Below are positions 11,401 to 23,186 of a stretch of 64,000 nucleotides of DNA, in pieces (positions within the stretch are counted from its first letter, which is position 1; the number at the start of each line of letters is the position of its first letter). Position numbers and translations under genes: made by a program. Source of the stretch: Histomonas meleagridis 2922-C6/04-290x (lineage: Eukaryota > Protista > Parabasalia); NCBI GenBank assembly GCA_020184695.1, contig JAANOX010000004.1, positions 186,001-250,000 of the forward strand, read 5' to 3'. The notes beneath the pieces are model-generated. The model was not told where the DNA came from, did not search any database, and saw only the letters and a program-made list of their open reading frames with translations.

Positions 11401-12603
11401 CCCAAATAAATATTGAGCTCCAATATGTCCTTCATCTGCTGCTCGATGTGCTAATGTATACGCATATTTCTCTTCTTCTTCGGGTAATATCCCATTAAAC
11501 ATTAAGTTGGCATAATCAGCCATGGCTGATAAATGTCCTCCATCTGAAGCTTTCTTATAATATTCTGCCGCTAAATTAATGTCTTTAGTGACATTAATAC
11601 CATTTAATAACATATTAGCATAGATATAACAAAATGATAAATCGCCATTATCTGCGGGTTCTTTAATTTCGGTGTTAACTAACGACATGGCTTCCTCATC
11701 ATTGGTCCCATATAACGTAAATTTGGCTTTGAGACGATAATATGAAAATAAGCAATCTTCATCATCACATTTAATTCCATCAAATTGTAAGTAATTGGTA
11801 TCGGCATCAATGTCCTTACGTGGTAATAAGGTCCGTTTGATTTCACCAATTGTCGTTTGGGCATTAAATATCGATTGGACTTCTCCCGAATTAGATGAAA
11901 AAATGGCACTAAGTGATCCTGTAAGTTCAAGTGTGAAGACAGCAAAGTCCTTTTCGCCTGAGAATTTATGTAATGGCTTGTCATCTTTGACTAATTCATC
12001 TTTATGATAGACTGCTAAATTTTCACTGTTGATTTCATAACGTTTTTGAATTTCACCCTTCATAAATTTGATGTCTTTGCTTTTTGGTACTGAAACTTCA
12101 ATTAATAAATCACTTCCAAGTGTACAATAAGCCATAACAAAGTCTTCGGGTAATTCTGGCTTGCGTGCACAAAAAACTGTATCTGTTTCTCTGTACATAC
12201 GATCTATTACTAAGTGTGATTGTTCTTTTAATATTTGTCCATTAAGAATTAGATAATGTTTTTCTGGATCAAGACCACTTTTATCAAAGAATTTTTTGGC
12301 AATCGTGCCGACTTTTGTTGTTGGGACTACTTCAAAAGCAAATGTTTTACCTTCAGGTGATTTTATATGTAAATCTAATGAACCAATTAAAGCAGGCCGT
12401 GCAATAACAAGAGACCCATCTGTGACACCATCGTTTTCTATTTGTCCTTCTGGTAATTCATGACGTTGAAAATACAATTTAAATGCATATCTTCCAGGTA
12501 AGAATCCTGCGTTTACGATTTCATCAGACACCATCTGCTTTGTAGATTTTTCTTTTATGTTCAAAGCACGATAGCGCTTGCCAATTCCTACGAATATCTT
12601 CAT
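8440..12603 (-). CDS. Sel1-like repeat protein with N-terminal ubiquitin-like domains
   Basis: 1387 aa; many A..Y..AA..G...A...LG Sel1 repeats; the first ~300 aa contain about four beta-grasp-like segments (e.g. LHIKSPEGKTFAFEVVPTTKVGTI...YLILNGQIL). Confidence 0.85.
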   Translation of the reverse strand: MKIFVGIGKRYRALNIKEKSTKQMVSDEIVNAGFLPGRYAFKLYFQRHELPEGQIENDGVTDGSLVIARPALIGSLDLHIKSPEGKTFAFEVVPTTKVGTIAKKFFDKSGLDPEKHYLILNGQILKEQSHLVIDRMYRETDTVFCARKPELPEDFVMAYCTLGSDLLIEVSVPKSKDIKFMKGEIQKRYEINSENLAVYHKDELVKDDKPLHKFSGEKDFAVFTLELTGSLSAIFSSNSGEVQSIFNAQTTIGEIKRTLLPRKDIDADTNYLQFDGIKCDDEDCLFSYYRLKAKFTLYGTNDEEAMSLVNTEIKEPADNGDLSFCYIYANMLLNGINVTKDINLAAEYYKKASDGGHLSAMADYANLMFNGILPEEEEKYAYTLAHRAADEGHIGAQYLFGLMELKNGKDYEACSYFKKAAKLGHVLSETKLAYLILKDRADIKDHNQAKQYLQKADVEKYPPAMKTYAKILIKEGDEGGYDKMKEAAKRGNASALYYLANQHFAKKQYGKAYEYAKLSAEKGHAKAKRILGIMYKRGYEVQRDFTKAYEYLEQAYKDDDKESRFHLAKMILRGDGCEKNEEKAFELIQKCAKKAHKPSILLLCNMLLRGIGCKKDPEEAFRIANESAETSGYLKCVRFVGVCQLYGIGTEKNKDLALKNLIKASKKDILAMYYLAMILKDSPQYPQNRNEVIRYLKEAANKKLPEAMEALGLLLLEKLGYDDQTILNNKMEALNYFRQASQSGLIESKFQYGFLMLEFGEDDTQAAELIQEAAEKKHPLALYYLSLILEEGRGLTADSKRSLECLEESAKLDVALAQHRLGMIYAKEGNISGALKLLRKASEQEFVPAMLDLIKILRENNGEEEEIQKWLLKAAEFGDSNACVEGGKNYLKEGKYYEAFTLFKKAAFMRNIEGMFHYARMLEEGKGTSVNYEEAASFYRCAIDLGDIQSLYYLGRLYEKGLGVPQDIQNAFEYYEKSANNNDSNGMLGLGMLYLNGNGVAQNYEEAFKYFKESAQYNNVEAHYQKALLQEVGNGTDKNLEKAFKNFKFSAKKGHSKSMSKYSHMLMFGIGCTKDIDKGRKWLLKAVDFDECEALFEYAELLNHEKNETEALKYYKKAAEMGHIKSMNCAGVILMKDESTYKEAVKYFEKAANDDMNAACNYGLALAEGKGVFKDQNLALTYLRHAAESGIVEAMFNCGILLMTSNNENSHNEAEAQTMLENAANNGHVLAKYNLAILLLNNDKVQQNKEKAMKLLKESAKENCYEAMYIYAYYKFLDSNDDVDDDEAYTYARNAANNGNINAITLCGTMALNKRGAIFDNPERTAVQYFKSAAKENEPNALYSYAYCLIMGLGTEKDMKKAEELLNKAMEMGHPLARNLIDQFNLR

Positions 12604-12852
12604 GCAAAAATTAAGCTTTTCAGTAACGGTTTGAGGGTCTCAAAAACTTGTATCGGTGACGTTTAGTCCTTTAAGGTTATTGTAAACATTTCATTATTAT
12701 CATATTTCATTATTAATCACATATACTATAGCATAACTACAACATAACAATAATACACAAAGATTATTTTGAATTAGGATAAAAAAACCTCAAATTTATC
12801 TTGTAAACATTAGGAAAAACAATAAAAAATTTATCATTTTTATTTAGTTATA

Positions 12853-14235
12853 TTATATTATATCCAATAGAAACATTACTTTCGGGTTTTCTATGTTATT
12901 TTGTAAAAATCCAATAAATTCTTCTTTATAAAATGAATCTGGAATTTGTATTTCATGAGCTACATAATAATTTATAATTATGCATAAAGCTTCTAAACAA
13001 AAGTCATCAATTACTTGAGAATCAAAATAATTGATGAATTCATTAATTAAATCATTTTGTTCGATTATTTGAATCATTGCATCGAAGTTTATTTGCATTG
13101 CTTTAGCTATTGTATGCATTGCATAAGTTTTTGTTTTAAATGATAATGATAAATATGAAATAATATTATCGAAAACACCTTTTTCAATTGCAATTACAAT
13201 AAAATTATTATTCTTTTGGAATGCAATGTCACAAAACTTACAAAAAACATTAAAACTTTTTACTGCTTTCCAAACCTTATCAAACCTTTGATAACAATCA
13301 AGCATTTGTTTATATATATCCCAATTAATACAAGGTAAAAACATATTACATAAAGATGAATTTAGAAATGTTATCCATAATTTACATATTTCGGAATGAC
13401 ATATAAAATTATCATTATCAGAAAGAATATTAAAAAGTTTTTCTTTTGATATTATATTATCACAAATTTCTATTATAAATCGTTCATCTTTAAGACATAA
13501 GTCATTCATTATAATTATATATTTCTCTAACTCGTCTGGATATTCATTTTCAGTTGGTATAAACAAATCTTTCGACAAAATTCTTAAAATTATTATACAA
13601 TCGTCGGATGAAAATATAGGATTAGGAATTAATGAATGAAAAATTTCTAACACGTGAAAAGAAATTACCGTAAAATGTGCTTGAAATGCAAAATTTTGAA
13701 GTTTTACAAATCTTTCAATGATTGAATGAATATCGAATATCTCTGGATGATCACTAAAAAATAGTCGAAACAAATTAATTAAACGTATCGGGATCCTGTT
13801 TAAATTTTTTTCAGCGTAAAAAGAATCATTGATATTAGATGGATTTTCATTAGGTAAGTATGTGGCTGAATTAAGTAAAGTATTTGCAAACATAGGATTT
13901 ATTAAAAAATCACAATATTCTTTATAATTAGTATAAAGAAAATTTAAAATATATAATACATATGCATAGGAATCTAAATCAATGGGCTGGAAAAATTGTT
14001 CCATAATATAACTACCACATAAATTAACGAAAAAAGAAACATCAGATTTTATTGCAGATTGAAGAAAATCAATAATTTCGGTAAAAAATCGATATTTTTC
14101 ATGAATTTGAAAGTTTGCTAAATTTGTAAAATTTTGCATAAATCCACGAATTTGTATATCTTTCATAATAATTTCGTTTTCTGTAAAATTATGTCTTATA
14201 GTATTTGGTTTGATAATTTTGTAATCATTTCTCAT
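12853..14235 (-). CDS. Hypothetical helical (ARM-like) protein
   Basis: Long open frame; probable ATG at 14235 (MRNDYK); no motif recognised. Confidence 0.6.
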   Translation of the reverse strand: MRNDYKIIKPNTIRHNFTENEIIMKDIQIRGFMQNFTNLANFQIHEKYRFFTEIIDFLQSAIKSDVSFFVNLCGSYIMEQFFQPIDLDSYAYVLYILNFLYTNYKEYCDFLINPMFANTLLNSATYLPNENPSNINDSFYAEKNLNRIPIRLINLFRLFFSDHPEIFDIHSIIERFVKLQNFAFQAHFTVISFHVLEIFHSLIPNPIFSSDDCIIILRILSKDLFIPTENEYPDELEKYIIIMNDLCLKDERFIIEICDNIISKEKLFNILSDNDNFICHSEICKLWITFLNSSLCNMFLPCINWDIYKQMLDCYQRFDKVWKAVKSFNVFCKFCDIAFQKNNNFIVIAIEKGVFDNIISYLSLSFKTKTYAMHTIAKAMQINFDAMIQIIEQNDLINEFINYFDSQVIDDFCLEALCIIINYYVAHEIQIPDSFYKEEFIGFLQNNIENPKVMFLLDII

Positions 14236-14295
14236 GTAATTTTTGTGAAATGTCAAAAAATATTCAATAGAAATAAGTTTGCCAAATAAAAATAA

Positions 14296-15876
14296 ATGGA
14301 TAAGAGACAAGTCATAAGAATTAATCAAGTATCCTTTGAAGCAATGCCAGGAAAAGTTTACTTTGGAAGCTTGTATTTATGTGTAAGTCAAAATACTTAT
14401 TATTTTGAATGGATCCCAAAAGAAGATTTTTATTCCGAATTTCTTTCACCAAATTCAAATTTCTTATTATTAATATTTTTAAGTGATATAAAAGAAATCA
14501 TCGTTCATAATGAATCAATGAAAACAATTGCGCTAACATTTATTATGCAAAAATCAATTGAAATCCCACCCTTTATATTACATAGTTTTTCACAAGCAGT
14601 TATATCTCAGCTTATAGAATTTCTTCATTTTAAAAAATTACTCTATGAATCACCAACAACAAAATTCAAATATCAAATCAATCAACCAAAAAATTTTCTT
14701 GGCTTTTTTAAAGACAACAATAAACATACAACAGCAGAACAAGTTATGTTTTTATCAGAACATATAAAGTTTTTATCAAGATTAAATCAAAATGATTTAA
14801 CTCAATCAGAGCCATTATCTTTATCAGATTGTTTAATATTTTTTGAAGAAAACAAAACAAGTCAACACTTTGATAAACTAAAACAAGAAATCTTTAAAAG
14901 AGGACTTCAAGATGATGCAAGAAGATTCATTTGGCCTATGCTTCTTGGAGTAACATCGCCACTTATGACACCGGAAGAAAACGATTCTGTAATGAAGAAC
15001 AAAATCGAAGAATACAAAATAATTAAGAATCAATATAAATCCATTTTATCATCACAAACCTCTGAAATCAAAGAAATAAGTGAAGTTTTAAGAGTAATTG
15101 ATAATGATGTTAAAAGAACTGACCGTAATTTACCACAATTTCAAGATGATAATCATCCAAATCTTAATCTTTTAAGAAATGTTTTGGCATGCTATGCTCT
15201 ATATAATAAAGACACTGAATACGTACAAGGTATGGGTGATTATCTATCCCCATTAATAGTTTTGTACATCAAAGAATGGGAAAATGAAGAAACCGCAATT
15301 TTCTTTGAAAAAGGAAAAGTGACGCGCGATGCTGCTGAAGCTTTTTTGTTTTGGCTTTTATGCGGGATCTTATCAATTACCCAACAAGATAGAATGTTTG
15401 CTGACCTTGCAGGGGTACAACAATTTGTTGTTGATCGGGTATTAGCTATTTCAACAATGTATCACTCTTCATTAAAGAAATGGATCACGAAAAATAACTT
15501 AGGATCTTTGGTGTTCCTTTATAGGCCAATAATTCTTCTATGTAAGCGAGAATTTCCTATGGCCATTGTACTAAGAATATGGGACTCATTTTTATCTCAT
15601 CCAAAGACTTATGCATTTACAAGGTTTTTCCTTGCTGGATTGCTTATAGAGTTATTCCCTTATTTGATGATGCAGACAAATGGATGTGCTGGCGATGTGA
15701 TGAATTTGACAGATCGGATAATCGGAACAATTGATGGAATGGCAACTCTAAACCTTGCCGTAGAACTAGAAGAGATTTGTCAAACCGGAAATAGACAGTT
15801 AGAATGGATTTTAGAAGAACTTCCAGATAAAACAGAAATTAGGGATTACCAACCAAAACTTCTTAAGCTTAAGTGA
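14296..15876 (+). CDS. TBC domain Rab GTPase-activating protein (TBC1D15/17-like)
   Basis: IDNDVKRTDR and YVQGMGDYL catalytic motifs; VLRIWDSF. Confidence 0.88.
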   Translation: MDKRQVIRINQVSFEAMPGKVYFGSLYLCVSQNTYYFEWIPKEDFYSEFLSPNSNFLLLIFLSDIKEIIVHNESMKTIALTFIMQKSIEIPPFILHSFSQAVISQLIEFLHFKKLLYESPTTKFKYQINQPKNFLGFFKDNNKHTTAEQVMFLSEHIKFLSRLNQNDLTQSEPLSLSDCLIFFEENKTSQHFDKLKQEIFKRGLQDDARRFIWPMLLGVTSPLMTPEENDSVMKNKIEEYKIIKNQYKSILSSQTSEIKEISEVLRVIDNDVKRTDRNLPQFQDDNHPNLNLLRNVLACYALYNKDTEYVQGMGDYLSPLIVLYIKEWENEETAIFFEKGKVTRDAAEAFLFWLLCGILSITQQDRMFADLAGVQQFVVDRVLAISTMYHSSLKKWITKNNLGSLVFLYRPIILLCKREFPMAIVLRIWDSFLSHPKTYAFTRFFLAGLLIELFPYLMMQTNGCAGDVMNLTDRIIGTIDGMATLNLAVELEEICQTGNRQLEWILEELPDKTEIRDYQPKLLKLK

Positions 15877-16446
15877 AGATAAGATTGTTATATCAATAAA
15901 ACTTTCATGATAGAAAACAAGATGATTAAGATTTTTTTTTACTTTTGAAATGTATTATATTTCAGATTTCCAAAAAATTTTAGAAAACCAAAAGGACAAT
16001 TGGAATTATTATGAATTTAATATATGTTCAAAATGAAATAAATTTTTTGTTTTAATTTGGAAAATGAATACGTATTTTCTAATGTTAATACTGAAATAAT
16101 TAGTTTGATTCCAATATATTGAATTGGTGATATATCATTATATTAAACATGAAATTGTTATCCGACTGCAAAGAATTTAAATTGGAATCAAAAAAATTCA
16201 ACAAGAAGTTAAACCTCATAAAGAGATTGGATGATGAGATCGAAAAGTTGGAAAAGAAAAAGAAAAAGAAAAAAAAACTCGATCCAATAAAACAAAAAAT
16301 CGAAGAAATATGGAGAACAACAAACATATTGATACCAATAGTTATTTGTTCATGAAAAAAACTTCAACATGCGAAAAGATAAGGTATTTGAAAGAGCATT
16401 TATACAATTTATGATGGATCATGGAACCAGTTCATATAAAAAATTT

Positions 16447-19238
16447 TTATGCCCCTTTTTCATTTAGTAATTTAACTATTTCTGTATGACCATAAGAAGG
16501 TGCTTTCATAAGTGCTGTTTCAAATATTTTAAATAATTTCCAAATATTATTTTGAAATATCAAATTATTAAAATAAATATTAAATAAAACAAATAAATAT
16601 CTTTAGCATTAATATCAATTCCTTCTTGTTCAAGAAGTAATTTAACAGTTTCTGTATGACCTTTCCAAGATGCAACAATAAGTGCTGTTCTAAATAATTT
16701 AAATAATTTCCAAATATTATTTTGAAATATCAAATTATTAAAATAAATATTAAATAAAACAAATAAATATCTTTAGCATTAATATCAATTCCTTCTTGTT
16801 CAAGAAGTAATTGAACTATTTCTATATGACCATTAAAAGATGCATCCATAAGTGTTGTCCAAAATATTTTAAATAATTTCCAAATATTATTTTGAATTAC
16901 CAAATTATTAAAATAAATATTAAATAAAACAAATAAATATCTTTAGCATTAATATCAATTCCTTCTTGTTCAAGAAGTAATTGAACTATTTCTATATGAC
17001 CATTAAAAGATGCTTTCATAAGTGCTGTATTAAATAATTTAAATAATTTCCAAATATTATTTTGAATTACCAAATTATTAAAATAAATATTAAATAAAAC
17101 AAATAAATATCTTTAGCATTAATATCAATTCCTTCTTGTTCAAGAAGTAATTTAACTATTTCTATATGACCATTAAAAGATGCTAATGTAAGTGCTGTTC
17201 GGAATAATGAAAATATTTTTTAAATATTATTTTTAAATATAAAATTATTAAAATAAATTTCAAATAAAATAAATTAATATTTTTAACATTAATATCAATT
17301 CCTTCTTGTTCAAGAAGTAATTTAACTATTTCTATATGACCATTAAAAGATGCATCCATAAGTGTTGTCCAAAATATTTTAAATAATTTCCAAATATTAT
17401 TTTGAATTACCAAATTATTAAAATAAATATTAAATAAAACAAATAAATATCTTTAGCATTAATATCAATTCCTTCTTGTTCAAGAAGTAATTGAACTATT
17501 TCTATATGACCATTAAAAGATGCTTTCATAAGTGCTGTATTAAATATTTTAAATAATTTCCAAATATTATTTTGAATTACCAAATTATTAAAATAAATAT
17601 TAAATAAAACAAATAAATATCTTTAGCATTAATATCAATTCCTTCTTGTTCAAGAAGTAATTTAACGATTTCTGTACGACCATTTTCAGATGCTTTCATA
17701 AGTGATGTTTCAAATATTTTAAATAATTTCCAAATATTATATTGAAATATAAAATTATTAAAATAAATATTAAATAAAACAAATAAATATTTTTAGCATT
17801 AATATCAATTCCTTCTTGTTCAAGAAGTAATTTAACGATTTCTGTACGACCATTTTCAGATGCTAATGTAAGTGCTGTTCGGAATAATGAAAATATTTTT
17901 TAAATATTATTTTTAAATATAAAATTATTAAAATAAATTTTAAATAAAACAAATAAATATCTTTAGCATTAATATCAATTCCTTCTTGTTCAAGAAGTAA
18001 TTTAACGATTTCTATATGACCATTAAAAGATGCTTTCATAAGTGCTGTATTAAATAATTTAAAGAATTTCCAAATATTATTTTGAAATATAAAATTATTA
18101 AAATAAATATCAAATAAAACAAATAAATATCTTTAGCATTAATATCAATTCCTTTTTGTTCAAGAAGTAATTTAACCATTTCTATATGATTATTAAAAGA
18201 TGCATACATAAGTGCTGTCCGAAAAAATTTAAATAATTTCCAAATATTATTTTGAAATTTTAAATTATTAAAATAAATACTTTTAGCATTAATATCAATT
18301 CCATTTTGTTCGAGAAGAAATTTAATCATTTCAACATTACCTGATTCCATACCAAAAGTTTTCAAATTTAGAATGATTTTGTTCACATAAATGAATGATC
18401 TCTAAGTTTCCACCTGCAATTGCATATTTACATGTATTTTCTATATTAGCACCATTCACAAGTAAATGTTTAAAACATTTAACTGATGAAAAAAATGCTG
18501 CATAATCAATTAATGTAACATTAAATTGATTAATAAAATCACATCTTGCATAAAGTGATGGCTCAATTATTTGATTAAAATCAAAATTTGTTTGTGATGA
18601 AATTTCTTGAAGTTTTTCGATTTCATCATTTCGAATTATTTTTGCTATTTCATTCGGATTAAAACCTTCTTTAATATATTGTTTATGAAGTTCCCAATCA
18701 TTCTTTGAAAGTTTGATATAATTATCATTATAATATTTATAAAATTTATCATGAAATTTTTTTCGTTTTTTGTTTTCTTTTTTTCCTCTGTAATGTGAAA
18801 AATATTTTGATTTAATGCTTTTAATAATATCTTTATGGATTAAATTGTATTCAATCATTTTATCAATTAGATAATATGCTTCTTGTGATTTAATTTCAGA
18901 AATATATTTACAAAAAAATTCAATGATTTTTGGAATGTTTTTATATATTTCTTCTTCGTTTTGAATTAATTGTAAATAATTAACATAAATCGAAATTTCT
19001 TTATGTTGTGAATAAAAATGCAAAGTAAACTAAATTACTTATAATATAATTAAATGAATATGGAAAAGTTAAATCAAAGAATTTCATTGTTTGTTGAGTT
19101 GAAAAAACAAGATTCTCTTCTGTTAAATTAAATATTAATTGTTTGAGAGAAATAAGTTCTTCTAGACTAATGGTGTGGCTTTTCAATATTAATATTATCT
19201 TTTTTTATATTATTTTTAGTTGAAGAATTATTTTTCAT
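16447..19238 (-). other. DUF3447-ankyrin gene with interrupted ankyrin array (locus A-left, 11 spacer-preceded modules)
   Basis: ATG at 19238; DUF3447 motifs (PNEIAKIIRND, YAAFFSSVKCFKHL, AIAGGNLEIIHLCEQ); module starts at an exact 170-bp period from 18213 to 16513; terminal module TALMKAPSYGHTEIVKLLNEKGA-stop. Confidence 0.85.
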
Positions 19239-20134
19239 TTTTTACTAAATGACACTTTTTCATCTACAATTTTTTTTTTTTTTAAATTTAAATCTCAAGA
19301 AACAATAAAGTTTCAATATTAAAAATTGAGATATAATAACATTAATTTTACCCTATTTTTTTTTATTATTTATTTGAATTCATTTAAGTTTCCAATTATT
19401 GGATAATTGTTCGAAGGAGAAATTCACTTTTAGTGCAAAAAACAATCGCAACACTTTTCAAAAACTTTGATATTTCGTGAGTATTTCTAATATTCTCATT
19501 TTAGTGTCTACAAAATGGTGTAAATGATCAAACAAAAGTGTACTTAAAATTAAAATTTAGATTTAAAGCATTTATAATGAGAAAGATTTAGTTAAAAGCT
19601 GATGGTTGGCTTGTTCAAGTTTTTCTTAATTGACTGCATTCCGTACATGTACTTTATTGGTGTCTTCATCATAAGTTGTACCGCATCTCTATTTTCCAAC
19701 GTTAACATTTACAGATTAAAAATCAAGGTATTCCAAGAAAAAGAACTTTGAAGTATGTATTCTGAGTTAGAAAGGAAATTATCCAATTTATTTAAAGATT
19801 GTTGTTTTTGATGCAATTAGAAATTCACCGAATTTATTCGTCCGTATATTAAGGAACACTTAGTAGAGTTTGTTTTAAGATTACATTATATTACAATAGT
19901 TCTGTTTTATGAATTTCAATGATTCAAACACAGAATGTCATATTTGCGCTCATTAATGAGAATGATGTTTCTGTTATCGATTATATGCAGAATTTTTTGG
20001 GTTAATGAAATGTTAAAAATTTTTATTGTTATGTTCATATAATATCTTAAATGTATAAATATAAATGTTTCATTTTTTTTTTTTATTTAATATACTTATA
20101 GTGAATTTAAAAATGTTTGTTCATTTGTGTGTTA

Positions 20135-21607
20135 TTATGTTTTATCATTAATTATTTCGTATTCTTTAGTTTCAAGATGTTGTAAATATGTTTCGTATTC
20201 TTCTTCATATTGACTTCGGCGAATGTTTTGAAGTTTTCCTATTAATTGTTGACATTTCGTTGAAATCGTTTCGATTCCTTCTTCAATTTCATAAAGTTTC
20301 ATTTGATATGTTACAACGTTTTCAATCCCATATAAAATTTCTTCTTGTCGATGCGGTCCTTCAATGCAACTTAATTTTCGCTTTTCTTCTTCTTGAAGAA
20401 TTTCGTTCAGAATATCTTTCTTCATTTCATAATTATTTTTCTTCTTGTTTTTAATAGACATCGTTCAATATCTAATTTCAGAATTCGCATTTGAAGTTCT
20501 TTTCGTTCGTTTTTCTTCTTCAGAATCATGTTGGAAATTGGTTTTCGATTCTTTCAGATGTTGTCGATGTTGTCCTTGAAGTTCTTTATGATATGAATAT
20601 GCTAAATTTATCTGATCATAATATTCTTTCGCTTTCATATTGATTTGTTGTCGTTTATTGTTTACTTCGAGTTCTTTTAAATATCCTCGAATTCGTTTGA
20701 TTTCCGTTCCTATTAATCTTTTACAATATCTTTCAATTTCGTTTTGATGTGCTTTCTTTTTGTTCTCGTTTTTATTTTCGTTTCTTTTTCGTCGTTTTCT
20801 GCTCGTCGCTTTCGAATGTCTTCTTTTTCTTGTCGCATTATTCTTCGCATTTCTTTAAGTTTTTTTGAATTTCGTGATTAATTATTATTTGATATTCTTC
20901 ATTTCGTTTATTAATCTCTTCTAGACATTTCTTTTCGTGATTTTCGAGTGTTTGAAGTGTTTGAATATCATGAAAATATTTTTCTTTTTCTTTTTCATAT
21001 CGTTTTCGTTGAGTTTCATATAAAAATTTCATTTCTTTATATTTGTTTGCATAATGATTTAATTCATATTCTTGATTTGTTATTTCATTTTGACATTCGT
21101 GAATATTTTTTTGAATTAGTTGTTGAATATTAGTAAAATTTATGAAATTTTCATTTGTTTGAGATATTGATAATGTTTCGTTTCCTTTTCCGATTTCATT
21201 GTGTTGCTTTTTGGATATTAATAAGTTCTTTTTTTCTTGTTCTTGATAATATTTATATTTTTTTCTTGTGTTTCTTCTCGTTGATTTAATAATTCTTTTT
21301 CGATGTTCTTCAAGTGTTTCAATTTTTTTCTCGAATTTTTAGTTCGTTCAGTTTTGATTAATTTTTTTGAAATTCTTTTTTTAATATTAATAATTTCGTC
21401 TGCATATATTTGAAGTTCTTTTTTTCGCGTTGAATTATATGAATAATTTTTGTTTTGATAATTTTTGAATTTCTTTTTTTCAACATTAAATTCTTCTTCT
21501 ATTAAATATTCTGATTTTTCTTTTATTTCTTGACTAACTAAATGTAATGTTGAAACAAATTCTTCAAGAAATAATTTTGGATCTTCTTTTTCATCATTTT
21601 TATCCAT
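20135..21607 (-). CDS. Coiled-coil protein (left copy; apparent frameshifts probably homopolymer errors)
   Basis: E/K/Q-rich ORF pieces 21218-21607, 20838-21032 and 20135-20461; the two copies break at different homopolymers. Confidence 0.6.
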
Positions 21608-21761
21608 TTTATGCTGGTGACCGTTAATATTTGATTTTATTCAGTATAAATTTTCTGTAATAAAAAAAGAATTATTCATCATGAGAAAGATGTGTAGTTC
21701 ACGCAAGTAATATAACAAAATTATTTGAAAAAAATATCTTTACATGTTTTTATGTATGACA

Positions 21762-22838
21762 TTAATCTGTTATATCTGACGAATCTTGGTCTTCTCCACC
21801 TTCTTCGTCATGTAGTAGTCCATATTTTGCTGTATCATCGCCTCCAATTTTACAGAAAACTAATGTAATTAATGCGATGAAAAGTGCAGCAAAACAGAAA
21901 AAGAAGACAACAATAGTGACAATTGCGTACGCTTTTTTCTCGGAAGAGAGTGAAGCCGTCGCACTATTGATTGGACATGACTGATTGAAATTTACATCAT
22001 TTAATGAGTATTTTGATGTCGAATCAATATCAATTGCGTTCGACTCCAAACCAGAGAAGCAACAAGAGTACAACATAGCAAATGTATATGTTCGAAGTGT
22101 AATTTTGGAAAAGCTCATGAAATCGCACGTCGATAAAAGAAGCTCCATGGACCCTGCAGATGAGATAACTGTGGTGTTCTCAACTGTTTGGTTGAACAAT
22201 GTGTCATTAATCGAAACAATTGAATTTGAAACAGAAATACAAATTGGAGTATGAGTGTTATTAATCATAAATGTGACGTCGCTAAAGCTAAATCGGCCTT
22301 GGTCGAATGAAAAAATTGATCCTTCAGTTTCTCCGCAGTTAATAAATGTGGAAGACTTGATATATGAATTATTGAATGGATTAGAAAATATGCCAAAAGA
22401 AGGCCCACAGCTTATGGCTGTGCAATTATCCATATAGAAAGAAATCGAATTGCCATGAATCACAGATAATCCGGCATTGGATGCATAGCAATTCTCAAAG
22501 ATTGAACCAGTAATAGTAACTTCTGTATTATCAAAGTCATAATAATAAGTGTTTTCATATTCATTTAAAATGTTGTAGTAAGAAGCAATATAACAAGATT
22601 GTGAAAGTGTTGTAGCAGAAGATTCTATTGGTAACGCTACACAATTTTCGGCGTTCGCTACAAAAATATTCTTCATTAGCAATTTGCTTCCCTTAATTTT
22701 TGTGAATAATATTGGAGAAACGAAATTAGTGAATCGTGAGTTACCAATAATTGTATTGGATCGTATTGAAGATGCCACAATTGGAGAACGACCAAAACTA
22801 TTTTTAAGGGAAAGTAAGGTGATGGTGAGATTGAGCAT
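21762..22838 (-). CDS. Putative single-pass surface protein with beta-helix-like ectodomain
   Basis: Hydrophobic N-terminus; repeats such as ITGSIFENC, YMDNCTAISC, IKSSTFINC; TM segment AIVTIVVFFFCFAALFIALITLVFC; acidic tail. Confidence 0.6.
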   Translation of the reverse strand: MLNLTITLLSLKNSFGRSPIVASSIRSNTIIGNSRFTNFVSPILFTKIKGSKLLMKNIFVANAENCVALPIESSATTLSQSCYIASYYNILNEYENTYYYDFDNTEVTITGSIFENCYASNAGLSVIHGNSISFYMDNCTAISCGPSFGIFSNPFNNSYIKSSTFINCGETEGSIFSFDQGRFSFSDVTFMINNTHTPICISVSNSIVSINDTLFNQTVENTTVISSAGSMELLLSTCDFMSFSKITLRTYTFAMLYSCCFSGLESNAIDIDSTSKYSLNDVNFNQSCPINSATASLSSEKKAYAIVTIVVFFFCFAALFIALITLVFCKIGGDDTAKYGLLHDEEGGEDQDSSDITD

Positions 22839-23186
22839 TGTTCAATACTTTTTTAGCGGATTTTGTGTGCGGTAAAAACCGATCGCGATTCAAATTTGAA
22901 AAGTACTTTGGCATCAACTTTTTTTCTCAAATTTTGGTGGGTTAAACAATTTCAAAGAAATGACAACAGATCCGCGCTCAAAGCTTTAGAACCTAATAAA
23001 AATATACTATTTATTATTTTAACATAATTTTTAAACAAAGCTAATATGTGAGCCTTAAAAAAATTCAAATTTAAATAATTTTCTAATATTTGATATTGAT
23101 TGAATTTTTTATTCTTCGAAAATAAAATTATAAAATAGTTTTCTTTTATTTGAACCATATGTTTTCATTGTTTATTGTTCTCTATG

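Larger units (their letters stand above)
16169..21631 (-). repeat. Left arm of large inverted duplication (partner 27843-37066)
   Basis: Reverse-complement identity with the right arm from CAAAGAATTTAAATTGG (16169/37066) to CCGTTAATATT (21631/27843); differences are mainly homopolymer indels and ankyrin array content. Confidence 0.92.

Noticed and set aside
16149-16355. Small Lys-rich ORF at the outer arm ends (also 36880-37089)
   Set aside because: Crosses the duplication breakpoint with different N-termini in each copy; likely a gene fragment, not a real small protein
20135-21607. Coiled-coil gene as a pseudogene or frameshifted gene
   Set aside because: The two copies break at different A/T homopolymers and complement each other, consistent with long-read indel errors
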